37,508 nt of DNA from Nitrospina sp. (GTDB taxonomy: Bacteria > Nitrospinota > Nitrospinia > Nitrospinales > Nitrospinaceae): NCBI GenBank assembly GCA_004357365.1, contig SMVT01000005.1:1-37508 (forward strand). The letters run 5' to 3'. The notes below the pieces were generated by a model that saw nothing but the letters and a program-made list of their open reading frames with translations, made no database searches and was not told where the DNA came from. Position numbers and translations under genes: made by a program. Position 1 is the first letter of the stretch; every line of letters starts with the position of its first letter. Shown here piece after piece: positions 16,430 to 25,393 of this stretch.

Positions 16430-17359
16430 ATGCAACAGTATGAATTCGACATCGACCCCGCCTGCGGCAAGCAACGCCTGGACGTATTTCTGGCGGAGGC
16501 GATGGACGATCTCACCCGCTCTTATATTCAGAAGCTGATCGAAGCGGAACAGGTGACCGTCAACGGCGCCCCCGCCAAAGCCCATTACAAGTTGAAGGCG
16601 GGCGACCGGGTAGACCTCGCGGTGCCCGACCCGGAACCGCTGGAGGTGCAACCGGAGGCGATTCCCCTGAACATCGTTCACGAGGACGATTGCCTGATCG
16701 TCGTCGACAAACCGCCGGGCATGGTGGTGCATCCCGCACCCGGTCATGCCGGCGGCACGCTGGTGAATGCGTTGCTGTACCATTGCAAAGACCTGGCGGG
16801 CATCGGCGGGGTGGAACGGCCCGGCATCGTGCACCGGCTCGACAAGGACACCTCCGGCTTGATCGTCGCCGCCAAGACGGAAGCCTGCATGCAGTCGCTG
16901 ACCCTCCAGTTCAAGGAGCGTGACATTCAGAAAGTTTATCTGGCGCTGGCCAAGGGCACTTTCACACCGCAAAATGGAGTGATCGATGCCCCCATCGGCC
17001 GGCACAAAACGCACCGTAAAAAAATGTCCACCCGCGCCCCAGCCGGACGGGAAGCAACGACCCGTTATGAAGTGATCCGGCAGTGCGACGGTTTCGCCTA
17101 TGTCCGGCTGTTTCCGAAAACGGGACGCACGCATCAACTGCGGGTGCACCTGGCGTCCCTCGGCCATCCCATTCTGGGGGACCGCCTTTATGGGGGTACG
17201 CTGGAACCGGGATTACCCCAAATGTCGAGGCAGGCCCTGCACGCCCATCGCTTGGAATTGACTCACCCGGCTACAGGCGACGTTTTACAACTGGAAAGTC
17301 CGTTGCCTTCTGATATGAAGGCCGCGCTCCCGACCGCCCCGAACCCGAAAATCCTTTAA
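16430..17359 (+). CDS. rluD: RluA-family 23S rRNA pseudouridine synthase (RluD-like)
   Basis: N-terminal S4 domain (RLDVFLAE...), the catalytic HRLDKDTSGL motif, and C-terminal HQLRVH...LHA. Confidence 0.9.
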   Translation: MQQYEFDIDPACGKQRLDVFLAEAMDDLTRSYIQKLIEAEQVTVNGAPAKAHYKLKAGDRVDLAVPDPEPLEVQPEAIPLNIVHEDDCLIVVDKPPGMVVHPAPGHAGGTLVNALLYHCKDLAGIGGVERPGIVHRLDKDTSGLIVAAKTEACMQSLTLQFKERDIQKVYLALAKGTFTPQNGVIDAPIGRHKTHRKKMSTRAPAGREATTRYEVIRQCDGFAYVRLFPKTGRTHQLRVHLASLGHPILGDRLYGGTLEPGLPQMSRQALHAHRLELTHPATGDVLQLESPLPSDMKAALPTAPNPKIL

Positions 17360-17999
17360 AACGGCCTTAAGGAATTGAGGCGCGCCGTCTCGGCAGTCAT
17401 CTTTCCGGTTGAGGGTTTGATCCCCTGCCCCATCGGCCTGTGGAAAACATGTGAGAAAAGCTGGATTGGAGCGCGTCCCAGTAAATTACCATTTTTAGAC
17501 TGTTCCAGGACCGAAACAGGTCGATTCACTAAAAATATTATAAAATCAATGGGTTATAGAACCCCGGGTTTCCACTCAACGAAATTACGCCCGATTTTTT
17601 ATTACTCCGAAGTTTTCCACAGTTGGAACATTAAAATTTTGGATCGCATAAATCACACCTGAAAAATGGGGTTAATCCAGTAACAAAATTTTGGCGTTCA
17701 AGCCATACCTGCATACCAAGGACTAAACTGGATTTCGAGGCAAACTTGAGTTGCACACTCCGCTTGCGCAGTATTGAAGGCCTGATCGGTGGATCAAAAT
17801 TTTGACACCCGAAAGCCCCTTGCTGGGAATTGGCATGCCCCTAAGGCAAAAACCACACAATCGGTTTCTTTCCAAAACAGCGGATAACATGGACCGTACC
17901 CGCGTTCCAAACTTGATTGAAGGGGATCCCCCGGAAACCCCGGCTGTCGGCCGGTGACTACAGGCGTTCAGGAAGCTATTGAAATTTAGACTATTAGTA

Positions 18000-18027
18000 T
18001 TCACAGCTTTTGTGCAAAAGCTGTGAA
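18000..18027. repeat. perfect inverted repeat TTCACAGCTTTTG-tg-CAAAAGCTGTGAA
   Basis: The arms at 18000-18012 and 18015-18027 are exact reverse complements (13 bp). No U run follows on either strand, so it is not an intrinsic terminator. It lies 150 nt upstream of rodA. Confidence 0.9.
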
Positions 18028-18176
18028 CAAACCGGGTAGAAACGCCTCAACTACATGCAAAATAACGCTGCCGGGTCCGGCGATTAAATATTATGCAAAG
18101 CCCCTATGGATTGTTCTTTGGCAAGCCACCGTTTGCAGCCGCACCCGCCCCGGCTGTGTTAAGATAACCGACTGAT

Positions 18177-19277
18177 ATGTTGGACCGAAGACTATTTTCA
18201 AATTTTAATTGGTGGTATTTCCTGTTGATCTTGTCGCTGGCGATGATCGGGGTCGTCGTTATTTTCAGCGCCAACCACGCCCGGCCGGAGGTCTTTTACC
18301 GGGACCTTTATATCAAGCAGATCTACTGGATTTTATGCGGTTTAGGGGTAATGCTCTTCGCTCTTTTCATGGATTACCGGACCCTCAGCCATTATGCCTA
18401 CCCGATTTTTTTCCTGACGGTTCTGTCCCTGATTTACGTCCTGTTGTTCGGAACCATCTCCTCCGGCGCCCGGCGCTGGATCCATCTGGGTCCCCTGACC
18501 CTGCAGGTTTCGGAGTTTGCCAAAATCGCGCTCATTCTGGTGTTGGCCAAATATTTTGAAAGCGGCAAGCCCAGCGGCCAATATGACCTCAGAGACCTTA
18601 TCGTCCCGGCCCTGATGACGGGTCTGCTGGGCGGATTGATCTTCATGCAACCGGACCTGGGTACGGCGTTTATCGTTATTTTCATATTTTTTGTTTTTGT
18701 GGTGGCGATCGAACTGAATCCCAAAACCCTTTGGCGGTTGATCGGCACCAGCGTCGTGCTGGCCCCCTTCACCTGGTTTTTCCTCAAGGATTACCAGAAA
18801 ACCCGTATCCTGACATTGTTCAACCCCGAGCTGGACCCCCTGAAAACCGGCTACCACACCATTCAATCTAAAATTGCGGTGGGTTCCGGCGGGTTCTGGG
18901 GCAAGGGCCTGATGGCGGGCACCCAGAGCCGGCTCAACTTTTTGCCGGAAAAACACACCGATTTCATCTTCTCGGTATACGCGGAAGAGCTCGGGTTCAT
19001 CGGCGTAGCCGTTTTGTTCACGTTGTACCTGGCGTTGATTCTCAAAGGGTTGAATATCGCTTTCCGGGCGGCCGACCGGTTCGGCCTGTTCGTGGCTTTG
19101 GGCATCGTGGCGTCTCTCAGCTTATATATTATTTTCAACATCGGAATGACCATCGGGATTTTCCCGGTCACCGGACTTCCCCTGCCCCTGCTCAGTTACG
19201 GCGGGTCCTCCCTGATCACCAATTTTTTCGCGTTGGGATTGCTCCTGAATATCGAAATGCGCCGCGCCATACACTGA
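18177..19277 (+). CDS. rodA: SEDS-family peptidoglycan glycosyltransferase, RodA-like
   Basis: 366 aa and about 10 TM helices. Motifs QPDLGTA and LPEKHTDFIFSVYAEELGFIG, with a C-terminal GLPLPLLSYGGSS. The size and the rng neighbour favour RodA over FtsW. Confidence 0.78.
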   Translation: MLDRRLFSNFNWWYFLLILSLAMIGVVVIFSANHARPEVFYRDLYIKQIYWILCGLGVMLFALFMDYRTLSHYAYPIFFLTVLSLIYVLLFGTISSGARRWIHLGPLTLQVSEFAKIALILVLAKYFESGKPSGQYDLRDLIVPALMTGLLGGLIFMQPDLGTAFIVIFIFFVFVVAIELNPKTLWRLIGTSVVLAPFTWFFLKDYQKTRILTLFNPELDPLKTGYHTIQSKIAVGSGGFWGKGLMAGTQSRLNFLPEKHTDFIFSVYAEELGFIGVAVLFTLYLALILKGLNIAFRAADRFGLFVALGIVASLSLYIIFNIGMTIGIFPVTGLPLPLLSYGGSSLITNFFALGLLLNIEMRRAIH

Positions 19278-19395
19278 CTTAATTAAAGTATTTTCCTGAT
19301 CGGGCTTACTTTTCATTTTTAACTCGGAAACGCCGCATCATGGTACAATCGGCCCAACCTTTTAAAATTGTCTAATTTTCAACCCATTAACGCCC

Positions 19396-20931
19396 ATGGC
19401 TTCTGAAATCATCATCAATTCCAACCCGCGGGAAATCCGAGTGGCCTTGGTGGAAAACAATCAGCTGGCCGAAATTTTTATCGAGCACAAGGCCAAAAAG
19501 GGGATTGTCGGCAACATCTACCAGGGCATCGTGACCAAGATTCTGCCGGGAATGCAGGTGGCGTTTGTCGATATCGGTCTGGAAAAAGCCGGGTTTTTAT
19601 ACGTTGGGGACATCGACCTCATCGACCTGATGGAATTCGAAAGCGACGAGGACGATTCGGAGGACATGGACCTGGGACAGGATGAGGAAGAGTCCACCGC
19701 GGGAAAACCCTCGCGGATGGCCAACCGCTGTATTCCCATCCAGGACCTGCTCAAGGAAGGCCAGGAAATCGTCGTACAGGTGGCCAAAAACCCGCTGGGT
19801 ACAAAAGGGGCGCGGATCACTTCTTTCATAACCCTGGCGGGCCGGCATATCGTCTACATGCCGACGGTCAACCAGATCAGCGTTTCCCGCCGCATCGAAG
19901 ACGAAGCGGAAAAGACCCGCCTGAAGAATCTGATCGCGGAAATCGGCCGTCCCGACGAAGGTTATATCGTCCGCACCGCAGGGTTGGGCAAGAATAAAGA
20001 GGACTTCATGCCCGACGTCATTTTCCTGCACAAGCTGTGGGACAACCTGAAGGGCCGGTCCGATAGCCAGGAAGCTCCCTGCCTGTTGTATGAAGACCTG
20101 AACCTGATTTTCCGGTCGATCCGCGATTTATTCAACGAAGACGTCCAGCGCCTGGTGGTCGACTCCAAAATCGATTACGAAAAATGCATCGAGTTCTGTT
20201 CGAACTATCTCCCCCACCTGGTAGATAAAATCGAGGTCTACAAGGAAGCTGTTCCCATTTTCGATTACTACGGCATCGAGATCGAAATCAACCGGGCCCT
20301 GGGCCGGAAAACCTGGCTCAAATCCGGTGGATTCATCACCATCGACCAGACCGAAGCGCTGGTCGCCATCGACGTCAACACCGGTAAATTCGTCGGGCAC
20401 ACCGATCCGGAAGAAACCATCCTCAAAACGAACCTCGAAGCGGTCAAGGAAATCGTTTACCAGTTGCGCCTAACCAACATCGGCGGCATCATCATCGTCG
20501 ATTTCATCGACATGGCCAAAGAGGAAAGCAAAGAGATTGTCTGGAATGCCCTGACCCAGGAGCTGAAGTTCGACCGCTCGCGAACGAATATCCTGAAAAT
20601 TTCCGATCTGGGCCTGGTGGAAATGACCCGCAAGCGGGTGCGCGGCAGTCTCAGCCAGATTCTGTGCGATCCCTGTCCCTATTGTGAGGGCAGGGGGCAC
20701 ATCAAATCGCCTACCACGGTGTGTTACGAAATCATCCGGGCCCTGCAACGGCTGGTCACCAACAACCTGACCCAGAAGAACATCACCATCGAGGTGCCCC
20801 CGCCGGTGTATGACCTTCTGTTTGAAGAGGAAACCTCCTACCTGGAGGATATCGAAAAGTCCTACAATATAGAGGTAAACGTCAAGATCAACCCCAAACT
20901 GCATCAGGAGAAGTACACCATCATCACCTGA
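19396..20931 (+). CDS. rng: Rne/Rng-family ribonuclease, RNase G-like
   Basis: S1 domain GNIYQGIVTKILPGMQVAFVDIG, a DNase-I-like core (IDVNTG), the Zn-link CPYCEGRGH, and 511 aa, which is RNase G size. Confidence 0.85.
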   Translation: MASEIIINSNPREIRVALVENNQLAEIFIEHKAKKGIVGNIYQGIVTKILPGMQVAFVDIGLEKAGFLYVGDIDLIDLMEFESDEDDSEDMDLGQDEEESTAGKPSRMANRCIPIQDLLKEGQEIVVQVAKNPLGTKGARITSFITLAGRHIVYMPTVNQISVSRRIEDEAEKTRLKNLIAEIGRPDEGYIVRTAGLGKNKEDFMPDVIFLHKLWDNLKGRSDSQEAPCLLYEDLNLIFRSIRDLFNEDVQRLVVDSKIDYEKCIEFCSNYLPHLVDKIEVYKEAVPIFDYYGIEIEINRALGRKTWLKSGGFITIDQTEALVAIDVNTGKFVGHTDPEETILKTNLEAVKEIVYQLRLTNIGGIIIVDFIDMAKEESKEIVWNALTQELKFDRSRTNILKISDLGLVEMTRKRVRGSLSQILCDPCPYCEGRGHIKSPTTVCYEIIRALQRLVTNNLTQKNITIEVPPPVYDLLFEEETSYLEDIEKSYNIEVNVKINPKLHQEKYTIIT

Positions 20932-20949
20932 TTTCCGCCAAAGGGTGCC

Positions 20950-22257
20950 ATGCCGGACCATCCGCCGCCCTCAAACCACCCGCGCCGCCGCCGAAACACC
21001 CTCCGATGGTTGATCTATTTTGTTCTGGTGGTCTGGACCGCCGATTACTTCTTGATGCATCCCGCCAGCATTACCCATGAAGACCTGCCCCCCACTCCTC
21101 CCGAATTGAAAGAACTCACGGACCGCCTCAGCCGGCATGTGCACACCCTGGCGTCACCAGAGCTGAAAGGCCGCCAATCCGGAACGGCGGGCAACCGGGC
21201 GGCGGAGAAATACCTGCTGAATGCGTTTGCTGAATTAAAACTATCCACCCCCGCTTCACAACAACGCCGCACCCAGGAAGTCGATCCCGCCATCGGCAAC
21301 AATGTTTTCTCGGCGCTGGCTCCCATCCATCCGTCGCGTCCGTGGATCGTACTGGGGGCGCATTTCGATCATCTCGGCGATCACGACGGCGAACTGTTTC
21401 TGGGAGCGGACGACAACGCCAGCAGCGTGGCCGTTCTTCTCGAAACCGCGAGACGCCTGCAACAGGGTCCCGCGCTACAGCGGTTCAATGTTCTGCTGGT
21501 AGGATTCAATTCCGAAGAGCCGCCCCACTTTCTCACCCACCTGATGGGATCGAATCAGTTTATGATGAGGATCAAAGAAGTGGGAATCGCCCGCACCGAT
21601 ATCCAGCTGGCTGTCATCATGGACCTGATGGGCGGGGTGAGCTGGCAACCGCTCCAGGACACCCTGTTCGCCGTAGGTTCGGAAAAAACGGCGGTCCTGG
21701 AAACGCTGATCCCGAAAATCCGCGTGCCCGGTTTGGACGTGCGCCGCCTCGGCATCCACATGGTGGAATCCGTTCCGGGAAACGGCCAGACTCCGTTCAG
21801 CGATTACGACACGTTTCGCAACCGGGGAATCCCGTTTCTGTTTCTCAGCTCCGGGCGGACGCCACATTACCACCGGTCGACGGATACCTCGGAAAAACTG
21901 CATTACGCGCGCATGGCCCGGTCGGTGCTGTGGCTGACCGAATGGGTCCGCGCCGTGGACGCCCTGCCGGTGCCTATGACGTTTCAAAAAGACCGGGAAA
22001 ATCTTCGACAGGATTTCGATTCCATCTACCCTCTGGTTCGTGAAGCTGCCCGCTGGCCGGGAAAAATCGCCAAGACCAGTTGGGTCAGCCTATACAAATT
22101 AAACCGGGACCAAACACGGCTGGAGGACATCCAGGTGAAACTCCAATCGCAAACCCCGCTGGACGCCGACGACCGGCGGGCCCTCAGTTTGGCCTTCATC
22201 CGCCTGCAATGTCTGCTCGGAGACATGGGCCTGTGTTTTCTGTTGCCGGGTTTTTAG
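20950..22257 (+). CDS. M28-family metallopeptidase with N-terminal membrane anchor
   Basis: GAHFDHLGD...GADDNASSVAVLLETARRL...GFNSEE pattern of M28 zinc ligands, with an N-terminal TM segment LRWLIYFVLVVW. Confidence 0.75.
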   Translation: MPDHPPPSNHPRRRRNTLRWLIYFVLVVWTADYFLMHPASITHEDLPPTPPELKELTDRLSRHVHTLASPELKGRQSGTAGNRAAEKYLLNAFAELKLSTPASQQRRTQEVDPAIGNNVFSALAPIHPSRPWIVLGAHFDHLGDHDGELFLGADDNASSVAVLLETARRLQQGPALQRFNVLLVGFNSEEPPHFLTHLMGSNQFMMRIKEVGIARTDIQLAVIMDLMGGVSWQPLQDTLFAVGSEKTAVLETLIPKIRVPGLDVRRLGIHMVESVPGNGQTPFSDYDTFRNRGIPFLFLSSGRTPHYHRSTDTSEKLHYARMARSVLWLTEWVRAVDALPVPMTFQKDRENLRQDFDSIYPLVREAARWPGKIAKTSWVSLYKLNRDQTRLEDIQVKLQSQTPLDADDRRALSLAFIRLQCLLGDMGLCFLLPGF

Positions 22258-22369
22258 GAACCTCAATCCGACGAAACCTGATGATTTACAGGATGTTCCA
22301 CCGCTGAAAGGGACTCTTCTCCCGGCCCGGGCTGGCCGGAAAAAATGCCGCTGATGGACAACTTGAGGT

Positions 22370-22397
22370 TTGGAGTTGACCGCACCCGTGATAAAAT
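22370..22397 (+). promoter_or_regulatory. candidate promoter TTGGAG-N16-(TGa)TAAAAT upstream of the bamE-like gene
   Basis: Hexamers at 22370-22375 and 22392-22397 with a TG extended -10 element. It would give a leader of about 115 nt containing the hairpin at 22471-22491. Confidence 0.3.
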
Positions 22398-22520
22398 CCC
22401 GCTATTCTTTAGATGGAAAATCCCTTGGGACCGGTTAAAGAGTCCGCGTTATTTTTGGCGCAATCCCATCGCCTCCCTCACCGGGGGAGGCATCCAATTC
22501 AATATTAGGAGAACATAACC

Positions 22521-22835
22521 ATGAGACCATTACTCATCCTCGTAGCATTGTTGCTGTGTCCTACCTGGATCGCCGGGTGCGGTACCGTGGGCTCGGATTT
22601 CAACATCGAGCGGGCCCAGTCCATTGAAAACGGCAAAACCACCAAGGAAGACATCGCCCAGATGTTCGGGGAGCCTTTCAAAACCGGTATTCAGAACGGT
22701 CATCCCATTTGGATTTATGAGCAGAACAAGTACCGGGCCATGGGGGACGACATCTCCAAAAGCCTGATCGTGGAGTTCGATGACAAGGGCGTGGTGCGCA
22801 GCCACCAGGTCACGTCGAACGAACCCGCCCTTTAA
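22521..22835 (+). CDS. bamE: BamE/SmpA-OmlA-like outer-membrane lipoprotein
   Basis: Lipobox WIAGC (Cys20), a small domain with GKTTKEDIAQMFGEP...W.Y, and AGGAG before the ATG. Confidence 0.68.
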   Translation: MRPLLILVALLLCPTWIAGCGTVGSDFNIERAQSIENGKTTKEDIAQMFGEPFKTGIQNGHPIWIYEQNKYRAMGDDISKSLIVEFDDKGVVRSHQVTSNEPAL

Positions 22836-22858
22836 CCCGGACACAACCCCCCTTATTG

Positions 22859-24274
22859 ATGTTCGGATTCCAACGGGACCAGCAAGCGATCCTGCATTTA
22901 ACCTGGATCGCTTTTTTTCTGACCTTCGTGGCCTGGTTCAACATGGCGCCGTTCAACACCACCCTGCAGGCGGTGGCGGGGCTGACCTCCGGCCAGATCA
23001 AACTGCTGATGATCTGCAACGTGGCGCTGACCATACCCGCCCGCATCGTGATCGGCTCGCTGGTCGACCGTTACGGTCCCAGGCAGGTGTTCACCGGCAT
23101 TCTGGTATTTGCCGGCGTGGTCTCCCTCTATTTTTCACTCGCGACCACCTTCGAGGAATTTCTGATCGCCCGTCTGCTGATGGGATGCGCCGGCGCCGGG
23201 TTCGTGGTCGGCATCAAAATGATTGCCGAATGGTTCCCGCCGGACCGCATGGGCACCGCGCAGGGTCTCTATGCCGGCTGGGGCAATTTCGGAGCCGCCG
23301 CCGCGTTGTTTGCCCTGCCCCTGATTTCCGCCCCATTTCCCCCGGAAACCGGATGGCGCATCGCCACTGCCTTCTCCGGTCTGTTGTGCCTGGTCTGGGC
23401 CGGGGTGTACCACCGCTGGGCACGCGAAGTGCCGGGCCGCGCCGACGAGTTTCCCGTCGGCCTTGAAAACACCATCGAAGTCACTTCCCGTAAAGATCTC
23501 GTCCTGCAACTGCTTCTCATGATTCCCCTGTACACCGCCATCGGTTTGCTGATTTTGAAATTGGCGGACTCCCCCGCACTTCCGAGCGGCCCATTGCTGG
23601 GGATGGTTCTGCTGGCGGTGGTTCTGGGATTTTTTATTTTAAACGCCGTCCAATGCGTAAAGATCAACCTGCCCCGCATCACCCACGGTATCCCCGAAGA
23701 CAAACGTTACCCCTTCAGCCAAGCCGCCATTCTCAGTCTCGTTTATGCGCTCACCTTCGGTTCGGAGCTGGCGTTGGTCTCCATGTTTCCGCAGTTCCTG
23801 GAAAACACATTCCATCTGACGGTTACCACCGCCGGCATTCTCGGATCGTGCGTGGCCTTTTTCAATCTGGTCACTCGTCCCAGCGGCGGGTGGTTGTCCG
23901 ATAAGTTTGGAAGGCGCCGGGTTCTGTTCATCCTGGTGCTGGGGGCGACCATCGGATATGGGTTCATGGGCGAGATCAACTCGCAATGGCCGCTGGGGTT
24001 GGTAATCGGTCTGGCGGTGTTTTGCTCATTAATGGTCCAGGCGGGAAACGGCACCTGTTTTGCCATGGTGCCGTTGATCCGCAAGGACCTTACCGGCAAA
24101 CTGGCCGGGGTGGTCGGAGCCTACGGCAACGTCGGTGCGGTATTTTTCCTGACCCTGTTCAGCGTGGTGGACGCCGCCACCTTTTTTCAATGCCTCAGCG
24201 GCTACGCCCTTCTGGTATTATTGAGCCTGCTGTTTCTGCCATCCTTTAAAAACCTGCACAACTCGTATCACTGA
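22859..24274 (+). CDS. narK: MFS nitrate/nitrite porter (NNP family, NarK/NasA-like)
   Basis: 12-TM MFS protein with both NNP glycine-rich signatures (AGWGNFGAAA and GAYGNVGAVFF). ATG 22859 is preferred over the adjacent TTG at 22856. Confidence 0.8.
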   Translation: MFGFQRDQQAILHLTWIAFFLTFVAWFNMAPFNTTLQAVAGLTSGQIKLLMICNVALTIPARIVIGSLVDRYGPRQVFTGILVFAGVVSLYFSLATTFEEFLIARLLMGCAGAGFVVGIKMIAEWFPPDRMGTAQGLYAGWGNFGAAAALFALPLISAPFPPETGWRIATAFSGLLCLVWAGVYHRWAREVPGRADEFPVGLENTIEVTSRKDLVLQLLLMIPLYTAIGLLILKLADSPALPSGPLLGMVLLAVVLGFFILNAVQCVKINLPRITHGIPEDKRYPFSQAAILSLVYALTFGSELALVSMFPQFLENTFHLTVTTAGILGSCVAFFNLVTRPSGGWLSDKFGRRRVLFILVLGATIGYGFMGEINSQWPLGLVIGLAVFCSLMVQAGNGTCFAMVPLIRKDLTGKLAGVVGAYGNVGAVFFLTLFSVVDAATFFQCLSGYALLVLLSLLFLPSFKNLHNSYH

Positions 24275-24295
24275 TTCAACGGAGAAAGGAATTTC

Positions 24296-25393
24296 ATGGG
24301 GTTTACCTGCGGCCTGGTCGGCCTGCCTAACGTCGGCAAAACGGTCATCTTCAACGCCTTGACCCGCTCCCAGGCGGAATCCTCCAACTATGCCTTCAGC
24401 ACCAGCAAACCGAATATCGGGGTGGTGGACGTGCCGGACCCGCGTCTCGACGTTATCGACCAGCTGGTGCCTGCGAATAAAAAGGTGCCCACCACCATGC
24501 AGTTCGTGGACATCGCGGGACTGGTCAAGGGCGCCTCCCGTGGGGAAGGGCTGGGCAACCAGTTTCTCGCCAATATCCGCGAGATGGAAGCCATCGCCCA
24601 CGTGGTGCGCTGTTTCGAGGATGACAACATCCCGCACGTGCACAATAAAATCAACCCTTCAGCGGATATCGATGAGATCAACACCGAACTGGTGATTGCC
24701 GACCTCGAAACCCTGGAGAAACGCAAAACCAAACTGGAAAAACTGGCGAGAAGCGGCGACCAGGACGCGGCCATGCACATCGGCGTCATCACCCGTCTGA
24801 TGGCAGCGTTCGACGACAACCAGCCCGCGCGGTCGGTGGAGTTTCAGAATTCCGGCGAACAAACCTTCGTCAAAACCCTCAACCTGATCACCGTCAAACC
24901 GATGCTTTACGTCTGCAACGTCGCCGATCCGTCGGAGATGGACGGACCGCTCGTTCAACAAGTCAAGGAAGTGGCGGAAGCGGAGGGTACCGAAATGGTC
25001 GCGCTGGCGGGGCAGTTGGAAAACGAACTGCTGGAGATCGAGGACCCGGACGAGCTCCAGGAATTTTTAGATGAAATGCAACTGGAGGAACCCGGTTTCC
25101 ACCGCATGATCCATGCCGGATACCGCCTGCTGGGACTGGAAACCTATTTCACCGTCGGCGAACAGGAAAACCGCGCGTGGACCATTCATAAAAACACCAA
25201 AGCCCCACAGGCGGCGGGCAAGATTCATTCGGATTTCGAAAAGGGCTTCATCAAGGCGGTGGTCTACAACTACGACGATCTGGTGCAATACAAATCCGAA
25301 CCGGCGGTGAAAGAAGCGGGTAAACTGCGCCTGGAGGGTAAAAACTACGTCGTGCAGGACGGCGATATCATGCATTTTCGGTTCAATGTATAA
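24296..25393 (+). CDS. ychF: ribosome-binding ATPase YchF
   Basis: MGFTCGLVGLPNVGKTVIFNALT, DIAGLVKGAS.GEGLGNQFL, and a C-terminal TGS domain ending DGDIMHFRFNV. Confidence 0.95.
   Translation: MGFTCGLVGLPNVGKTVIFNALTRSQAESSNYAFSTSKPNIGVVDVPDPRLDVIDQLVPANKKVPTTMQFVDIAGLVKGASRGEGLGNQFLANIREMEAIAHVVRCFEDDNIPHVHNKINPSADIDEINTELVIADLETLEKRKTKLEKLARSGDQDAAMHIGVITRLMAAFDDNQPARSVEFQNSGEQTFVKTLNLITVKPMLYVCNVADPSEMDGPLVQQVKEVAEAEGTEMVALAGQLENELLEIEDPDELQEFLDEMQLEEPGFHRMIHAGYRLLGLETYFTVGEQENRAWTIHKNTKAPQAAGKIHSDFEKGFIKAVVYNYDDLVQYKSEPAVKEAGKLRLEGKNYVVQDGDIMHFRFNV

Noticed and set aside
16133-17167. 344-aa ORF on the - strand
   Set aside because: It lies entirely antisense to the well-supported moaB and rluD genes. 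Its Arg/Gly/Ala/His-rich low-complexity translation is typical of shadow ORFs in GC-rich DNA, and it contains no recognisable motifs.
17375-18004. Two track ORFs inside the rluD-rodA gap (17375-17662 + and 17723-18004 -)
   Set aside because: They have non-ATG or unsupported starts, no ribosome-binding site, no family resemblance, and a Cys/Arg/Ser/Phe-rich composition unlike real proteins in this window. They are treated as noncoding.
17360-18176. Known housekeeping RNAs (RNase P RNA, tmRNA, SRP/4.5S RNA, 6S RNA) or group II intron domain V in the large gap
   Set aside because: I scanned both strands by eye for hallmark strings: GAGGAAAGUCC, a tRNA-like GGUUCGA T-arm with a CCA end, the GGAAGCAGCC SRP motif, and a GUACGGUUC domain V pairing. 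None was found. A partial GGGTACGGTCC has no complementary partner. Only a covariance-model scan can exclude them fully.
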